This document shows, piece by piece, positions 20,107 through 37,387 of a stretch of DNA of 64,000 nt. The position numbers and the translations under genes were made by a program. Each line of letters begins with the position of its first letter. Position 1 is the first letter of the stretch. This DNA comes from an uncultured Desulfovibrionaceae bacterium. Its GTDB lineage: Bacteria; Desulfobacterota; Desulfovibrionia; Desulfovibrionales; Desulfomicrobiaceae. The notes under the pieces are model-generated. The model was not told the DNA's origin, did no database searches, and worked only from the letters and a program-made list of their open reading frames with translations. The DNA is taken from the NCBI GenBank assembly GCA_964589645.1, contig CAZPSN010000005.1:18865-82864 (forward strand), given 5' to 3'.

Positions 20107-20553
20107 CTATCCTTCAATGGAAATTGCTTCGCCACCCGCAGCAGTGATCTTTTCAATCGCCTGCTTACTGAACTTATGCGCCGTGATCTTTACTGGCTTG
20201 CCGGCCTCGCCGTCACCAAGGATCTTCACAGGCATATCTCGATTCACAAGGCCGGAAAGATACAGATCCTCGATCTGGATCTCTGTCTTATCCGTGAACG
20301 CAGAGTAGATCGTTGACAAATTCAGAGTCTGATAAACGACCCTGAAAGGATTCTTGAATCCGCGCTTGGGCAAACGGCGATACAGACGCATCTGGCCACC
20401 CTCAAACCAAGCCGGCACTCCGCCGCCACTTCGCGCGTTCTGGCCCTTGTGTCCCTTGCCAGCAGTCCCGCCTTGACCGGATGCAGTGCCACGCCCAAGT
20501 CGTTTCACCTTGGCGCGTTCTTCGGGGTATGGATACAATTCATGCAGGTTCAT
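20107..20553 (-). CDS. rplO: 50S ribosomal protein L15
   Basis: GHKGQNARSG, FEGGQ..RRLPKRGF. Confidence 0.97.
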   Translation of the reverse strand: MNLHELYPYPEERAKVKRLGRGTASGQGGTAGKGHKGQNARSGGGVPAWFEGGQMRLYRRLPKRGFKNPFRVVYQTLNLSTIYSAFTDKTEIQIEDLYLSGLVNRDMPVKILGDGEAGKPVKITAHKFSKQAIEKITAAGGEAISIEG

Positions 20554-20723
20554 TACTCAATAACCTCTACAAGGTGCTTGACCTGGTTGATCATCCCGCG
20601 AACGCATTCATTGTCGGGAAGCGTGCGGATCTGATTGAGCTTGGTAAAACCAAGAGCCTTGACCGTCCCTTTTTGGGTCGGATTTTGCGTGATCAGGCTC
20701 TTCTTTAATTTAATCTTGATCAT
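20553..20723 (-). CDS. rpmD: 50S ribosomal protein L30
   Basis: Hand-translated 56 aa [26 protein letters not shown]...[15 protein letters not shown], between rpsE and rplO (TAATG overlap). Confidence 0.95.
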   Translation of the reverse strand: MIKIKLKKSLITQNPTQKGTVKALGFTKLNQIRTLPDNECVRGMINQVKHLVEVIE

Positions 20724-20726
20724 ACT

Positions 20727-21218
20727 CTATTTCCTCTTAACCGAGAGAGTCTTGCCACGCATCAACCCAACCAGTTCCGCACTGCGCAATGAACGCAAGC
20801 CGGCAAAGGTGGCACGCAAAACGTTATGCGGGTTGTTTGTGCCAATGGCCTTGGTCAGGATATCGTGCACGCCTGCCGCCTCCATGACCGCGCGGACAGG
20901 GCCACCGGCAATGATACCAGTACCCGCCGAAGCAGGCTTGAGAAGGACTTTTCCAGCTCCAAAATTCCCAACAATTTCGTAAGGGATAGTGCCATCCAAA
21001 AGTTCAACCTTTTGCATGCTCTTACGAGCCCGGTCCGTGGCCTTCTTGATGGCATCGGGGACTTGATTCGCCTTGCCAAGACCAAAACCAACAGTTCCTT
21101 TACCATCTCCAACAACGACCAAAGCGCTGAAACTAAATCGACGGCCACCCTTGACAACTTTGGCGACGCGATTGAGATAGACAATTTTCTCAATGAGTTC
21201 AAATTCGTTCTGTTGCAT
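20727..21218 (-). CDS. rpsE: 30S ribosomal protein S5
   Basis: [23 protein letters not shown]. Confidence 0.98.
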   Translation of the reverse strand: MQQNEFELIEKIVYLNRVAKVVKGGRRFSFSALVVVGDGKGTVGFGLGKANQVPDAIKKATDRARKSMQKVELLDGTIPYEIVGNFGAGKVLLKPASAGTGIIAGGPVRAVMEAAGVHDILTKAIGTNNPHNVLRATFAGLRSLRSAELVGLMRGKTLSVKRK

Positions 21219-21230
21219 GGATGTCCTCGA

Positions 21231-21584
21231 TTAAAAATTTAAGCCGCCTTCCCTGGCTCCATCAGCTACGGCCTTGATCCGGCCATGGTACACGAAGCCG
21301 TTACGATCAAAGACCACCGAAGTGATACTCTTTTTGATCGCCTCTTCGGCAACCTTCTTCCCGACCAGCTTCGCGTTGTCGATGGTGAGACGAATATTCT
21401 CACCTTCGAGCGCCAACGTGGAAGCTGAAGCCAGGGTCGCGCCGGCCAGATCATCAATGATCTGCGCGTAGATGTGCTTGTTGGAACGGAAAACAACCAA
21501 GCGTGGACGCTCAGCCGTGCCGTTTACCTTTTTGCGGATCCGGGACTTGCGCTTTATACGGGCTTCATCACGTGATAATTTCAT
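21231..21584 (-). CDS. rplR: 50S ribosomal protein L18
   Basis: [25 protein letters not shown]. Confidence 0.98.
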   Translation of the reverse strand: MKLSRDEARIKRKSRIRKKVNGTAERPRLVVFRSNKHIYAQIIDDLAGATLASASTLALEGENIRLTIDNAKLVGKKVAEEAIKKSITSVVFDRNGFVYHGRIKAVADGAREGGLNF

Positions 21585-21592
21585 AACATATC

Positions 21593-22132
21593 CTATTTCT
21601 TGCCGCCGGATTTGCCGGCCTTGCGACGAATAGTCTCATCGGAATACTTAATGCCCTTGCCCTTGTAAGGCTCAGGGGGACGAACGCGACGAATCTGAGC
21701 CGCCACTTCACCAACGACCTGCTTGTCACATCCAGAAACCGTGATCTTGTTGTTTTCAGCCTTGGCCTGGATGCCGTCAGGCAACACGAAGTTGACGGGA
21801 TGTGAATAGCCAACGTTGAGAACAATTGTATTGCCCTGCACGTTAACCTTGTACCCGACTCCGATCACTTCCAAGGCCTTCTCAAAACCCTTGGTCACTC
21901 CAGTCACGGCATTGGCCAATAACGTGCGACGCAGACCATGCTGCTGTCGGGCAATCCTGCTGTCCTCAACCGGATTCACGAAAAGCGTGTTATTATCCAA
22001 ACTAACGGCAACTGCAGGATGCGTGGCCAGGGTCAAGATGCCCTTGGGGCCCTTCACCTCAATCACACTATCTGCAATTTTCAAATCAACACCACTGGGG
22101 ATGCTGATGGGCATTTTTCCTACTCGTGACAT
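21593..22132 (-). CDS. rplF: 50S ribosomal protein L6
   Basis: [20 protein letters not shown]. Confidence 0.98.
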   Translation of the reverse strand: MSRVGKMPISIPSGVDLKIADSVIEVKGPKGILTLATHPAVAVSLDNNTLFVNPVEDSRIARQQHGLRRTLLANAVTGVTKGFEKALEVIGVGYKVNVQGNTIVLNVGYSHPVNFVLPDGIQAKAENNKITVSGCDKQVVGEVAAQIRRVRPPEPYKGKGIKYSDETIRRKAGKSGGKK

Positions 22133-22141
22133 AGCGATCTC

Positions 22142-22525
22142 CTACCAGATCTCACAAAGAAGTTCGCCGCCAACACCAATTTCAGCAGCTTTTTTCCCTT
22201 CCAGAATGCCCTTGGAGGTCGACAGAACGCAAATTCCAAGACCATTTTGCACAGAGGGGATGCTCTTGGCGCCAACGTAGATACGACGGCCGGGCTTGCT
22301 GATTCTCTTCAAGCCGGCGACGACAGCCTTGTTATCGTGATACTTCAGATCCACGAGCAAGGCGTCCGTCTCTACAGAGTATCCGTTTATGTACCCTTCT
22401 TCGTTCAATATTTTGAGCAGCGCCTCACGGGTGCGGCTGGGAGTTATGGATACAGTGGAATGCATCGCCTTGTAGGCGTTGCGAATTCGTGTCAATAAAT
22501 CTGCAATAGGATCAATGACAGACAT
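22142..22525 (-). CDS. rpsH: 30S ribosomal protein S8
   Basis: DPIADLLTRIRN, SKPGRRIY, GGELLCEIW. Confidence 0.98.
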   Translation of the reverse strand: MSVIDPIADLLTRIRNAYKAMHSTVSITPSRTREALLKILNEEGYINGYSVETDALLVDLKYHDNKAVVAGLKRISKPGRRIYVGAKSIPSVQNGLGICVLSTSKGILEGKKAAEIGVGGELLCEIW

Positions 22526-22538
22526 GCGTTTACCTCTA

Positions 22539-22724
22539 TTACCAGCTGGATTTTCTTACGCCTGGCAGTTCACCGGCAAGGGCCATATTCCTGAAGCAGA
22601 TTCTGCAGATGCCAAACTTGCGCATAAAAGCCCGAGGGCGACCGCAAATAGGACATCTGTTGTACTGGCGGGTGGAAAATTTGGGCTTCCGCTGAGCCTT
22701 GACCATCAAAGATGTGCGAGTCAA
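22539..22724 (-). CDS. rpsN: 30S ribosomal protein S14, short zinc-binding (type Z)
   Basis: TTG start at 22724 after AAGGAGGAG; 61 aa with RCPICGR...CRICFR. Confidence 0.96.
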   Translation of the reverse strand: MTRTSLMVKAQRKPKFSTRQYNRCPICGRPRAFMRKFGICRICFRNMALAGELPGVRKSSW

Positions 22725-22737
22725 GTTACACTCCTCC

Positions 22738-23277
22738 TTACTTCTTGAAGGGCATTCCAAGAAGCTTCAACAGCATCTTGCCTTCTTTGTCAGTCCGAGC
22801 CGTGGTGATCACAGAAATATTCATGCCCACAGCCTTTTCGATCCTGTCGATTTCAATTTCAGGAAAGATCGTATGTTCCTTGATTCCCAGGGTGTAATTG
22901 CCGCGTCCATCGAAACCCCTGTCAGGGACACCACGAAAATCGCGGACCCGGGGAAGCGCTATGGTCAAGAGCTTCTCCAAGAAGGCCCACATCCTGTCTC
23001 CACGAAGCGATACACGGCAGCCTACAGGCATCCCCTCGCGCAGCTTGAAAGCGGCGATGGATTTTTTAGCCCGCGTTACAACAGCCCGCTGACCAGCAAT
23101 CAGAGACAAATCGCGTACAGAATCCTGAATGATCTTGTTATTCTGGCTACCTTCACCCAGTCCCATGTTCAATGAGACAAACTTTATCGAAGGGATCTGC
23201 ATCACACTTGTGTAATTGAATTCCTTCGCGAGCTCAGGAGCGACTTTATCTTTGTAGATCTTATCGAGACTACTCAT
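22738..23277 (-). CDS. rplE: 50S ribosomal protein L5
   Basis: [19 protein letters not shown]. Confidence 0.98.
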   Translation of the reverse strand: MSSLDKIYKDKVAPELAKEFNYTSVMQIPSIKFVSLNMGLGEGSQNNKIIQDSVRDLSLIAGQRAVVTRAKKSIAAFKLREGMPVGCRVSLRGDRMWAFLEKLLTIALPRVRDFRGVPDRGFDGRGNYTLGIKEHTIFPEIEIDRIEKAVGMNISVITTARTDKEGKMLLKLLGMPFKK

Positions 23278-23286
23278 TGCTGCACC

Positions 23287-23616
23287 TTAACTGATCGTTT
23301 CATTGCATTTTTTGCAATAACGAACTTTCTTGTTATCGTCGGTGAACTTGTAGCCCAACCGTGTCGGCTTCGAGCATGCGTTGCACACCAACTGCACGTT
23401 GGAAATATCCAGCGGCATTTCCTTTTCGACAATACCGCCAGGCTGGTTGTTGTAGGGATTGGGCTTGGTATGTTTTTTCACCATGTTCGCCTTCTCGACC
23501 ACAACCTGGTTTTTGCTGCGAAGCACCTTGACAACCTTGCCTATCTTGCCCTTGTCCTTACCTGCAAGCACAATGACCTTGTCGTCTTTGTGAATTTTCC
23601 AGACCTGAGTTGACAT
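23287..23616 (-). CDS. rplX: 50S ribosomal protein L24
   Basis: GKDKGK, GGIVEKE. Confidence 0.97.
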   Translation of the reverse strand: MSTQVWKIHKDDKVIVLAGKDKGKIGKVVKVLRSKNQVVVEKANMVKKHTKPNPYNNQPGGIVEKEMPLDISNVQLVCNACSKPTRLGYKFTDDNKKVRYCKKCNETIS

Positions 23617-23619
23617 AGT

Positions 23620-23988
23620 TTACAACACCTCGGGGGCTAAAGATACAATCTTCATGAAGTTCTTCGCCCGCAGTTCACGTGCAACAGGCCCAAAAATACG
23701 AGTGCCCATCGGCTCAAGGTTCTTATTCAGCAGTACGGCTGAATTATTGTCGAAACGGATGAAAGTTCCATCTGGGCGACCAATCTCTTTTGTTGTCCTG
23801 ACAACTACTGCCTGGAGAACATCGCCTTTCTTGACCTTTCCATGAGGGATTGCTTCTTTAACGGAGACCATAATAATGTCTCCAACTCGAGCATAACGCC
23901 TCTTGCTCCCGCCCAGCACCTTGATGCAGGCAACCTTCTTGGCTCCGGAATTGTCTGCGACATCCAAAGTCGTCTGCATTTGAATCAT
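23620..23988 (-). CDS. rplN: 50S ribosomal protein L14
   Basis: [26 protein letters not shown]. Confidence 0.98.
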   Translation of the reverse strand: MIQMQTTLDVADNSGAKKVACIKVLGGSKRRYARVGDIIMVSVKEAIPHGKVKKGDVLQAVVVRTTKEIGRPDGTFIRFDNNSAVLLNKNLEPMGTRIFGPVARELRAKNFMKIVSLAPEVL

Positions 23989-23999
23989 TGTACAATCCC

Positions 24000-24269
24000 C
24001 TACAAAGCTCTTTCGATGATTTTCATCAGATGCCAGTTTTTCCGAGCGCTCAGCGGCCGGTGCTCGACAATCTGAACTTTATCCCCAATGTGACATTCAT
24101 TATTGGGGTCATGAGCCATGAATTTCTTTCTGCGGCGGATATATTTTTTAAGAACAGGATGTTTGACCAGTGTTTCGACACGCACGACAATGGTCTTGTC
24201 GTTCTTGTCGCTCACCACGAAGCCAACAAGAGTTCTCTTGTTTGATGTCTTTCCGCTGTTACTCATCAC
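24000..24269 (-). CDS. rpsQ: 30S ribosomal protein S17
   Basis: [20 protein letters not shown]. Confidence 0.97.
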   Translation of the reverse strand: MMSNSGKTSNKRTLVGFVVSDKNDKTIVVRVETLVKHPVLKKYIRRRKKFMAHDPNNECHIGDKVQIVEHRPLSARKNWHLMKIIERAL

Positions 24270-24462
24270 CTGTCTCCATGTCCTTCGCTTTCAAAATCGT
24301 CAGAATCCGGGCAATGGACTTCTTGACGAGCGGGATTCTCTGAGTATTTTCAAGCTGCGCAGTTGCATGCTGAAAACGAAGATTCATCAGCTCCTTGCGA
24401 AACTCACCAAGCTTTTCCTGGAGCTTCACAGAATCCAATTCGTGTAACTGTTGAGCATTCAT
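24259..24462 (-). CDS. rpmC: 50S ribosomal protein L29
   Basis: ELMNLRFQ, KKSIARILT. Confidence 0.96.
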   Translation of the reverse strand: MNAQQLHELDSVKLQEKLGEFRKELMNLRFQHATAQLENTQRIPLVKKSIARILTILKAKDMETGDE

Positions 24463-24468
24463 ACTGTC

Positions 24469-24876
24469 TTACTCCTTTTCGACTATGGAAGTCTTTATAG
24501 GCAGCTTGTAGGCAGCTCTTTGCAATGCTTCTTTGGCCAGCTCAACATCAACACCCTTTATCTCGTAAATAATGCGACCTCTCTGAACTGGTGCACACCA
24601 GCCGACTGGCGAGCCCTTGCCCTTGCCCTGACGCACTTCCAAAGGCTTGGCAGTGATCGTCTTGTCGGGAAAAATACGAATAAAGACTTTGCCGCCTCTT
24701 TTGATATGCCGCATCATTGCGATACGGGCAGCTTCAATCTGCTGACTCGTAAGTTTTCCGCATTCCATGGCCTTCAAACCGATATCACCAAAAGCAACCG
24801 TGGTCGCACGCTGTGCAAGACCGCGAATCCGACCCTTTTGCTGCTTCCGAAATTTGACCTTCTTGGGACTCAGCAT
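24469..24876 (-). CDS. rplP: 50S ribosomal protein L16
   Basis: [19 protein letters not shown]. Confidence 0.98.
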   Translation of the reverse strand: MLSPKKVKFRKQQKGRIRGLAQRATTVAFGDIGLKAMECGKLTSQQIEAARIAMMRHIKRGGKVFIRIFPDKTITAKPLEVRQGKGKGSPVGWCAPVQRGRIIYEIKGVDVELAKEALQRAAYKLPIKTSIVEKE

Positions 24877-25514
24877 CAGTTCTCCACCTCGCTCAGGATC
24901 TCGCCCTTGAACACCCAGACCTTGATGCCAATGACACCATACGTGGTCTTTGCAGTGGCAACGCCGTAATCGATGTCAGCACGCAAAGTGTGCAGGGGAA
25001 CACGTCCTTCTCTAGCCCATTCGGTACGGGCAATCTCGGCACCGCCAAGACGTCCACCGCACTGAACCTTGATTCCAAGAGCGCCGAACTTCTGGGCCAT
25101 GCCCAAAGTCTTTTTGATGGCGCGCCGAAAAGCTACACGACGCTCAAGCTGCTGGGCAATGGATTCCGCGACCAACTGGGCATCGGTTTCCGGTCGCCGG
25201 ATTTCGTTGACTTCGATGACGAATTCGCGGGCAAATTTGCCCTTGAGCTCGGCCCGCAACTTTTCAATTTCAACGCCTTTACGTCCGATAACAATACCGG
25301 GGCGCGCAGTGAAAAGGATCAGACGAACCTTGTCGGCAGCTCTCTCGATTTCAATCTTGGAAATACCGGCATGAAACAGCTTTTCCTTCACATATTTTCG
25401 AAGCTTGCTGTCCTCGAAAACATACTCGGCATACTTTTTGTCGCTGAACCAACGGGACTTCCAGTTTTTATTGTATCCCAAACGGAATCCGTAAGGATGA
25501 ACTTTATGACCCAA
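24876..25514 (-). CDS. rpsC: 30S ribosomal protein S3
   Basis: [33 protein letters not shown]. Confidence 0.98.
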   Translation of the reverse strand: MGHKVHPYGFRLGYNKNWKSRWFSDKKYAEYVFEDSKLRKYVKEKLFHAGISKIEIERAADKVRLILFTARPGIVIGRKGVEIEKLRAELKGKFAREFVIEVNEIRRPETDAQLVAESIAQQLERRVAFRRAIKKTLGMAQKFGALGIKVQCGGRLGGAEIARTEWAREGRVPLHTLRADIDYGVATAKTTYGVIGIKVWVFKGEILSEVEN

Positions 25515-25526
25515 AGCACTGCCCTC

Positions 25527-25859
25527 CTAGAGTTCATCGACAACCACAGTAATGTGGCTGCTGCGCTTGATAATTCTGTATGCCCGACCCATTGCTCTTG
25601 ACTGAATACGCTTCCAGCTCGGACCACCATCGATGCGAACTTCTTTCACATAGAGGTTGTCCACATTAAGCTTGGAATTGTGTTCAGCATCCGCAATGGC
25701 TGTCGTAAGTACTTTCTCAATCAGACGGGCAGCCTTCTTGGGGGTGAATTTCAGGACATTGAGCGCGTCCTCCACAGGTTTGCCGGTCACGTTGCGTGCG
25801 ACCAACCTGGCTTTCTGCGGGGAAACGCGTATAAACTTGGCAACTGATCTTGCTTCCAT
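25527..25859 (-). CDS. rplV: 50S ribosomal protein L22
   Basis: SPQKARLV, RAMGRA, SHITV. Confidence 0.98.
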   Translation of the reverse strand: MEARSVAKFIRVSPQKARLVARNVTGKPVEDALNVLKFTPKKAARLIEKVLTTAIADAEHNSKLNVDNLYVKEVRIDGGPSWKRIQSRAMGRAYRIIKRSSHITVVVDEL

Positions 25860-25874
25860 AATGAAACTTCCTGC

Positions 25875-26147
25875 TTATTTCTTCTTCTTATCAGCAGCGT
25901 GGCCAAAATATGTCCTGGTGGGGGCGAACTCACCAAGTTTGTGACCGACCATGTTTTCGGAGACAAACACGGGGATAAACTTTTTCCCGTTATGCACCGC
26001 AAAAGTCAGGCCGACCATCTCGGGCACGATCGTCGAGCGGCGCGACCAGGTTTTGATTACCTGCCGGCTCCGCTCAGCGTTGGTTTTCTCCACCTTGCTC
26101 AGCAGGTGGTCGTCCACAAAAGGACCTTTTTTCAAAGACCTTGGCAT
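25875..26147 (-). CDS. rpsS: 30S ribosomal protein S19
   Basis: [23 protein letters not shown]. Confidence 0.98.
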   Translation of the reverse strand: MPRSLKKGPFVDDHLLSKVEKTNAERSRQVIKTWSRRSTIVPEMVGLTFAVHNGKKFIPVFVSENMVGHKLGEFAPTRTYFGHAADKKKK

Positions 26148-26155
26148 AGAAACTC

Positions 26156-26986
26156 CTACTTAGTTCCGCGGCGTTTGACGATTAACTTGGAAGAAGCCTT
26201 CTTGGGTGAACGAGTCTTGTAACCCTTGGTGGGCTTGCCCCACGGAGTAACAGGATGACGCCCACCAGAGCTTCTGCCTTCGCCACCGCCCAACGGATGG
26301 TCGACGGGGTTCATGGCCACGCCTCGGACCTTTGGCCGCTTACCCAGCCAGCGGTTGCGACCTGCCTTGCCGATGGAGACATTTTCGTGCTCAATGTTAC
26401 CAACTTGACCAACGGTCGCAGTATTCAAGGCCAGCACCTTGCGCACTTCGCCGGAAGGGAGCCGCAATGAAACGTACTTCTCCTCCTTGGCGATGACTTG
26501 TGCATATGCACCGGCGGAGCGAACCAACTGCCCACCGCGACCTGGATAGAGCTCCACATTATGGACCAGGGTGCCCAACGGAATGCGTGCCATGGGCAGG
26601 GCGTTGCCGGGCTTAATGTCGGCCTTGTCGCCGGCCAGTATCTGATCCCCGACACCAATCCCCAGAGGACAAATTATGTAGCGCTTATCACCATCGGCGT
26701 AGTGCAGGAGGGCAATACGGGCGCTGCGGTTGGGATCATATTCGATGCTGGCAACTTTGGCCGGAATATCGAGCTTATTACGCTTGAAATCAATCAGGCG
26801 ATACAAGGACTTATTCCCGCCACCGCGACGGCGCATGGTGATGCGGCCGAAATGGTTGCGGCCGCTTTTCTTATTCAACCCCTTGGTCAGGGACTTCTCA
26901 GGCGTGGACTTCGTGATCTCATCAAATGTGAGAACAGTCTGAGCCCGGCGTCCGGCTGACGTGGGTTTGAGTTTCCGGATGGCCAT
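26156..26986 (-). CDS. rplB: 50S ribosomal protein L2
   Basis: [26 protein letters not shown]. Confidence 0.98.
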   Translation of the reverse strand: MAIRKLKPTSAGRRAQTVLTFDEITKSTPEKSLTKGLNKKSGRNHFGRITMRRRGGGNKSLYRLIDFKRNKLDIPAKVASIEYDPNRSARIALLHYADGDKRYIICPLGIGVGDQILAGDKADIKPGNALPMARIPLGTLVHNVELYPGRGGQLVRSAGAYAQVIAKEEKYVSLRLPSGEVRKVLALNTATVGQVGNIEHENVSIGKAGRNRWLGKRPKVRGVAMNPVDHPLGGGEGRSSGGRHPVTPWGKPTKGYKTRSPKKASSKLIVKRRGTK

Positions 26987-26988
26987 GT

Positions 26989-27279
26989 TTACACCCCTTC
27001 AAAGAAATCAATCTTTTCGCCGGCCTCGAGAGCCACGTAGGCCTTCTTAAACCCGCTGATCTTACCAACCGTGCGACCGAATTTCTTTTTCAAACGCGGA
27101 CGGTACTTGACAATGTTCACAGCGGAGACCTTCACATCGAAGACACTCTCCACCGCGCGCCGCACGTCGATCTTGTTCGCTGCGGAATGAACCAAGAAAA
27201 CTACCTGGTTCCCAATTTCCTTAAGGCCGGTCGATTTCTCTGAAATGAGCGGCCGGAGCAATACTTGCGTGCTTTCCAT
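26989..27279 (-). CDS. rplW: 50S ribosomal protein L23
   Basis: PLISEKS, ANK, KKAYV. Confidence 0.97.
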   Translation of the reverse strand: MESTQVLLRPLISEKSTGLKEIGNQVVFLVHSAANKIDVRRAVESVFDVKVSAVNIVKYRPRLKKKFGRTVGKISGFKKAYVALEAGEKIDFFEGV

Positions 27280-27899
27280 TATTTCAACCTCTCCTGCAGG
27301 GCCTCAACCGCGCCCTGATCCAGGACCATCTGAGGATACTTGAGGATTTCGTAAACATTGATCGACAGCTGGTCCAAAACAAGAAAACCAGGGACATTCC
27401 TGGCCGAAAGAGCAAGGTTGCTATCTTTTTCAGCCACAACAATCAAGGCTTTTTTCAGACCCAGAGTGTTCTTGCAGGCCACGAAGTTCTTAGTTTTGAT
27501 CCCGTCGAACTTCAGCTTGTCGACAACAAGCAGATTCTCGGACGAGAACCTGGAAGAAAGAGCCATCTTCAGGGCCAGCTTCCTGATCTGCTTATTAATC
27601 TTAAAACTATAATCACGGGCGACCGGGCCGTGGATAACAGCACCGCTACGCCATAAGGGAGAGCGTGATGAACCGGCACGGGCACGCCCAGTGCCTTTCT
27701 GGCGCCACGGCTTCTTTCCGCCGCCCCTGACCAGCCCGCGGGTCTTGACTCCGACGGTGCCAGCACGCAGCTTCGCCAAGTGGGAGCGCACCGCAAGGTG
27801 CAGCACCTCGGGCTTGACTTCCACCTGAAAAACATCGTCGGCAAGAGAAATCTCTCCGATTTCCCGTTTGTTCTGATCGTATACTTTCGCGTTCGCCAT
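27279..27899 (-). CDS. rplD: 50S ribosomal protein L4
   Basis: KPWRQKGTGRARAG, LSARNVP. Confidence 0.98.
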   Translation of the reverse strand: MANAKVYDQNKREIGEISLADDVFQVEVKPEVLHLAVRSHLAKLRAGTVGVKTRGLVRGGGKKPWRQKGTGRARAGSSRSPLWRSGAVIHGPVARDYSFKINKQIRKLALKMALSSRFSSENLLVVDKLKFDGIKTKNFVACKNTLGLKKALIVVAEKDSNLALSARNVPGFLVLDQLSINVYEILKYPQMVLDQGAVEALQERLK

Positions 27900-27912
27900 T
27901 ATCTATACCCCT

Positions 27913-28545
27913 TTACTTCAGCTTGCTGAGGACGACGATCCCCTGCTTGGGTCCTGGAACCTGGCCGCGAACAAGCACGACATTGTCTTCAGGGCGCACG
28001 TCGACGATCTCCAGATTGAGGAATGTGGCAGTCTTGTTGCCAAGCTGGCCAGGCATCTTCTTTCCCTTGAAGACCTTGCTCGGCCACGCGCATTGCCCAA
28101 TGGAGCCGGGCTTGCGGTGCACCTGCTCGTGACCGTGCGATGCAGGAGCGCCGGCAAAATTCCAGCGCCGAATAACGCCGGCAAAGCCACGCCCCTTAGA
28201 AGTACCACTGACCCGGATTTTTTCACCAGGAGCGAACATCGCCACTGTCAACTGCTGACCGATCTCGTATTCTTCCACGCTTCCGAGACGAATTTCCTTC
28301 AGCATTTTGTAAAAGCCACAATTTGCTTTTTGCTGATGGCCTTGTTCGGGTTTGGTCAGACGATGAGCAGCAACTGCTTCAAAACCAACCTGCAAAGCGG
28401 TGTATCCGTCACGGTCGCTGACTTTCTTATCAATAACGGGACACGGACCGGCCTGAATGACAGTTACAGGGATAACGTTTCCGTCAGCTCCGTAAATCCT
28501 GGTCATACCGATTTTGCGCCCAACGAGTCCTAAAGTCTGTTTCAT
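27913..28545 (-). CDS. rplC: 50S ribosomal protein L3
   Basis: [24 protein letters not shown]. Confidence 0.98.
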   Translation of the reverse strand: MKQTLGLVGRKIGMTRIYGADGNVIPVTVIQAGPCPVIDKKVSDRDGYTALQVGFEAVAAHRLTKPEQGHQQKANCGFYKMLKEIRLGSVEEYEIGQQLTVAMFAPGEKIRVSGTSKGRGFAGVIRRWNFAGAPASHGHEQVHRKPGSIGQCAWPSKVFKGKKMPGQLGNKTATFLNLEIVDVRPEDNVVLVRGQVPGPKQGIVVLSKLK

Positions 28546-28562
28546 GATAGCCCTCGTTATCC

Positions 28563-28871
28563 CTACAGCTTGATTTCAACATCAACGCCAGCGGGAAGAT
28601 TCAGCTTGCCCAGAGCATCAACCGTCTGTTGGGTAGGTTCAAGAATGTCCAAAAGGCGCTTGTGTACGCGCATTTCAAACTGTTCGCGAGATTTTTTATC
28701 CACATGCACGGACTTTTGAATAGTCTGCTTATGGATGCGTGTCGGCAATGGGATCGGACCGGCAATGGAAGCGCCGGTGTTGCGTGCAGAGTCGACAATC
28801 TCGGCTACAGCCTTATCTAAAATGCGGTAGTCGTACGCTCTCAATTTAATGCGAATTTTGTCACTGTTCAT
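28563..28871 (-). CDS. rpsJ: 30S ribosomal protein S10
   Basis: [22 protein letters not shown]. Confidence 0.98.
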   Translation of the reverse strand: MNSDKIRIKLRAYDYRILDKAVAEIVDSARNTGASIAGPIPLPTRIHKQTIQKSVHVDKKSREQFEMRVHKRLLDILEPTQQTVDALGKLNLPAGVDVEIKL

Positions 28872-28885
28872 GATGACCTTGTCCG

Positions 28886-30079
<1,194 letters not shown>

Positions 30080-30094
30080 TGTTCATCTCCATTC

Positions 30095-32164
30095 TCATTT
30101 CTTGGTCAATTCTTCAGCAAGACTGGCGGGAAGGCGGTCATAATGATCGAACAGCATCGTGTATGTTGCTCGACCCTGGGTTTTTGAACGCAAATCCGTT
30201 GCGTACCCGAACATGCTGCTCAGCGGCACATTGGCGCGAATAATCTGCATCCCGTGTCGCATTTCAAGGCTAACTATACGTCCTCGCCGACCGTTCAGAT
30301 CGCCCATGACATCACCCATGTAATCGTCAGGAGTGAGCACTTCCACAAACATGATCGGCTCCAAGAGCACGGCGGCGGCTTTCTGACAGGCCTCTTTTAC
30401 CGCCATGGAGCCAGCGATATAGAACGCCTGCTCGGACGAGTCGACTTCATGGTATGAGCCATGAATCAGCTCGACCTTTATATCAACCATTGGAAAACCG
30501 GCCATGATACCATTGAGAAGTGCTTCTCGGATACCCTTGTCCACCGCAGGAATGTATTCCTTTGGGATGACGCCGCCCACGATCCCGTTGACGAATTCGT
30601 AACCACCACCTGGCTCTTGCGGCTCGACCTTGATGACTACATGGGCGTACTGACCGCGGCCTCCGGACTGTTTGGCGTACTTGAGGTCCTTCTCGGCGGG
30701 TTTAGAGATGGTCTCACGGTAGGCAACCTGAGGCTTGCCCACATTGGCATCAACCTTGAATTCGCGCGTCAGGCGGTCAACGATGATTTCCAGGTGTAGT
30801 TCACCCATTCCGGCGATAAGGGTCTGCCCTGTTTCCTCGTTCGTCTTGACCCTGAAGGAAGGATCTTCCTTGACCAATTTCTGCAATGCCTGACCCAGGG
30901 CGTCGCGGTCCGTCTTGGTCTTGGGCTCAATGGCAACCTCGATGACGGGCTCCGGGAAATCCATGGACTCAAGCAGAATGGGCCGTTTCAGGTCACACAG
31001 CGTTTCACCCGTGCTGGTCTGCTTCAAGCCAACCGCGGCAACGATGTCTCCGGCGTGGGCCTCTTTGATGTCTTCGCGCTTGTTGGCGTGCATCTTCAAC
31101 AAACGGCCAACCCGCTCTTTTTTCCCGGAAGCCGCGTTCAAAACCGTGGTCCCTGTTTCCAGAATTCCGGAATAGACGCGCAAGAAGGTTAGGTGCCCGA
31201 AAAAAGGATCTGCCATGAGCTTAAACGCAAGGGCGCTCAAAGGCAAATCATCGGAGCACTCACAAACGATCTCTTCCTTGGAATCAGGATCGGTCCCAAT
31301 CATGGGAGGAACTTCAATCGGAGATGGCAAATAATCCACCACGCAATCGAGCAAAGCCTGCACGCCCTTGTTCTTGAACGCCGAACCGCAAATCACCGGA
31401 CAGATTTTCATGCCAATGGTTGCGGAGCGGATGCCGGCCATGATTTCTTCGGGCTGCAACTCTTCCCCGCCCAAATATTTTTCGAGCAGAGTTTCGTCTT
31501 CTTCGGCAATGGCCTCCACCAGATTCATGCGCCACTCATCAACAAGGTCCGCCATTTCGGCGGGGATCTCGCGCACGCTGACCGTTTCGCCCTTGGAGTC
31601 TTCGTCGTAGTACAACGCGACCTTGCGCACGAGGTCAATCTGTCCCAAGAATTTTTCCTCTGCGCCGATGGGCAGGTGCAGCGGCACAGGCTTCGCCTTG
31701 AGGCGATCCTTGATCATTTCGACAACTCGGTAAAAGTCAGCTCCCGAGCGGTCCATCTTGTTGACAAAGGCAATCCGGGGAACCCCATACCGGTCCGCTT
31801 GCCTCCAAACGGTCTCAGACTGAGGCTCTACTCCGCCAACAGCGCAAAAAACAGCAACTGCACCGTCAAGCACCCGCAAGGAGCGCTCAACTTCCACTGT
31901 GAAATCCACATGACCGGGGGTATCGATAATGTTGATGCGGCAGTTGCGCCAATGACAGGTGGTAGCCGCAGAAGTAATGGTGATGCCACGCTCCTGCTCC
32001 TGCTCCATCCAATCCATGGTCGCTTGACCGTCATGAACTTCGCCGATCTTGTGGGAAACACCCGTGTAAAACAAAATACGTTCGGTAGTCGTGGTCTTGC
32101 CCGCATCAATGTGGGCCATGATACCGATATTGCGCTGATTTTCTATGGGAACACGTTTAGACAC
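30095..32164 (-). CDS. fusA: Elongation factor G
   Basis: [36 protein letters not shown]. Confidence 0.98.
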   Translation of the reverse strand: MSKRVPIENQRNIGIMAHIDAGKTTTTERILFYTGVSHKIGEVHDGQATMDWMEQEQERGITITSAATTCHWRNCRINIIDTPGHVDFTVEVERSLRVLDGAVAVFCAVGGVEPQSETVWRQADRYGVPRIAFVNKMDRSGADFYRVVEMIKDRLKAKPVPLHLPIGAEEKFLGQIDLVRKVALYYDEDSKGETVSVREIPAEMADLVDEWRMNLVEAIAEEDETLLEKYLGGEELQPEEIMAGIRSATIGMKICPVICGSAFKNKGVQALLDCVVDYLPSPIEVPPMIGTDPDSKEEIVCECSDDLPLSALAFKLMADPFFGHLTFLRVYSGILETGTTVLNAASGKKERVGRLLKMHANKREDIKEAHAGDIVAAVGLKQTSTGETLCDLKRPILLESMDFPEPVIEVAIEPKTKTDRDALGQALQKLVKEDPSFRVKTNEETGQTLIAGMGELHLEIIVDRLTREFKVDANVGKPQVAYRETISKPAEKDLKYAKQSGGRGQYAHVVIKVEPQEPGGGYEFVNGIVGGVIPKEYIPAVDKGIREALLNGIMAGFPMVDIKVELIHGSYHEVDSSEQAFYIAGSMAVKEACQKAAAVLLEPIMFVEVLTPDDYMGDVMGDLNGRRGRIVSLEMRHGMQIIRANVPLSSMFGYATDLRSKTQGRATYTMLFDHYDRLPASLAEELTKK

Positions 32165-32178
32165 GAAATAAACCTCAT

Positions 32179-32649
32179 TTACCAGCGGTAATGGGCAAAA
32201 GCCTTGTTGGCTTCGGCCATTCGATGGGTGTCTTCACGTTTCTTGATGGCACCACCGCGATCGTTATATGCATCCAGAAATTCAGCCGCCAAGCGCAACA
32301 CCATGCCTTTCTCTCCACGGGAGCGGGCATAGTTGACCAGCCAGCGGATAGCCAAGGCTTCCTGCCGTGCAGGACGGACTTCCATGGGCACTTGGTAGGT
32401 GGCGCCTCCGACGCGACGGGATTTGACTTCCATCTGCGGCTTCACTTTTTCAATGACCTGTTCAAAAGCTCTGAGCGGTTCACTGTCGGTGCGCTTGCCA
32501 AGTTCTTCGATGGCGTCATAAAATATCTTCTCGGCAACGCTTTTCTTGCCGTCAAACATCATCTGGTTGACAAACTTTGTGGCCACCCGGCTTCCGAATT
32601 TCGGATCTGGCAGCACTTCACGCTTCGGCGTGGGTCCCTTGCGAGGCAT
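32179..32649 (-). CDS. rpsG: 30S ribosomal protein S7
   Basis: [24 protein letters not shown]. Confidence 0.98.
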   Translation of the reverse strand: MPRKGPTPKREVLPDPKFGSRVATKFVNQMMFDGKKSVAEKIFYDAIEELGKRTDSEPLRAFEQVIEKVKPQMEVKSRRVGGATYQVPMEVRPARQEALAIRWLVNYARSRGEKGMVLRLAAEFLDAYNDRGGAIKKREDTHRMAEANKAFAHYRW

Positions 32650-32667
32650 ACGTCAATCTCCTTGTAC

Positions 32668-33039
32668 CTATTTAGGACGTTTGGCTCCGTACTTGGAGCG
32701 GCTCTTCCGGCGATCCTGAACACCGGCCGCATCCAGCGTACCTCTGATAATCGTATAACGGACACCGGGCAAATCCTTGACACGACCGCCGCGGATCATG
32801 ACCACGGAGTGCTCCTGCAGATTGTGCCCTTCGCCGGGGATGTAAGAAGTCACCTCAATTCCATTGGTCAGTCGCACTCTGGCTACTTTCCGAAGAGCGG
32901 AGTTCGGCTTCTTGGGTGTGGTGGTGTACACACGCACGCAGACTCCCCGACGCTGAGGGCATTCCTGCAACGCGGCTCTTTTTTTACCTTTCAACTGGAT
33001 GACCCGCGCCTTGCGGACCAACTGATTAATCGTGGGCAT
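32668..33039 (-). CDS. rpsL: 30S ribosomal protein S12
   Basis: [26 protein letters not shown]; start at ATG 33039. Confidence 0.98.
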   Translation of the reverse strand: MPTINQLVRKARVIQLKGKKRAALQECPQRRGVCVRVYTTTPKKPNSALRKVARVRLTNGIEVTSYIPGEGHNLQEHSVVMIRGGRVKDLPGVRYTIIRGTLDAAGVQDRRKSRSKYGAKRPK

Positions 33040-33074
33040 TTCAAACTCCATGAATAAACATTTTGAGAAGGGGG

Positions 33075-33103
33075 TTCATAATTGAACTCCCCTCCCCTGT
33101 CAA
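33075..33103 (-). promoter_or_regulatory. Putative sigma70 promoter of the str operon
   Basis: TTGACA-N17-TATGAA on the minus strand between rpoC and rpsL. Confidence 0.6.
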
Positions 33104-33127
33104 CTCAACTGCCTGGGCAGCGCATGG

Positions 33128-37330
<4,203 letters not shown>

Positions 37331-37387
37331 CGTGTATTCCTCATGCTTTGGTCGAGTTGCAATACCATGGCCTATCGCGCCGAGGGA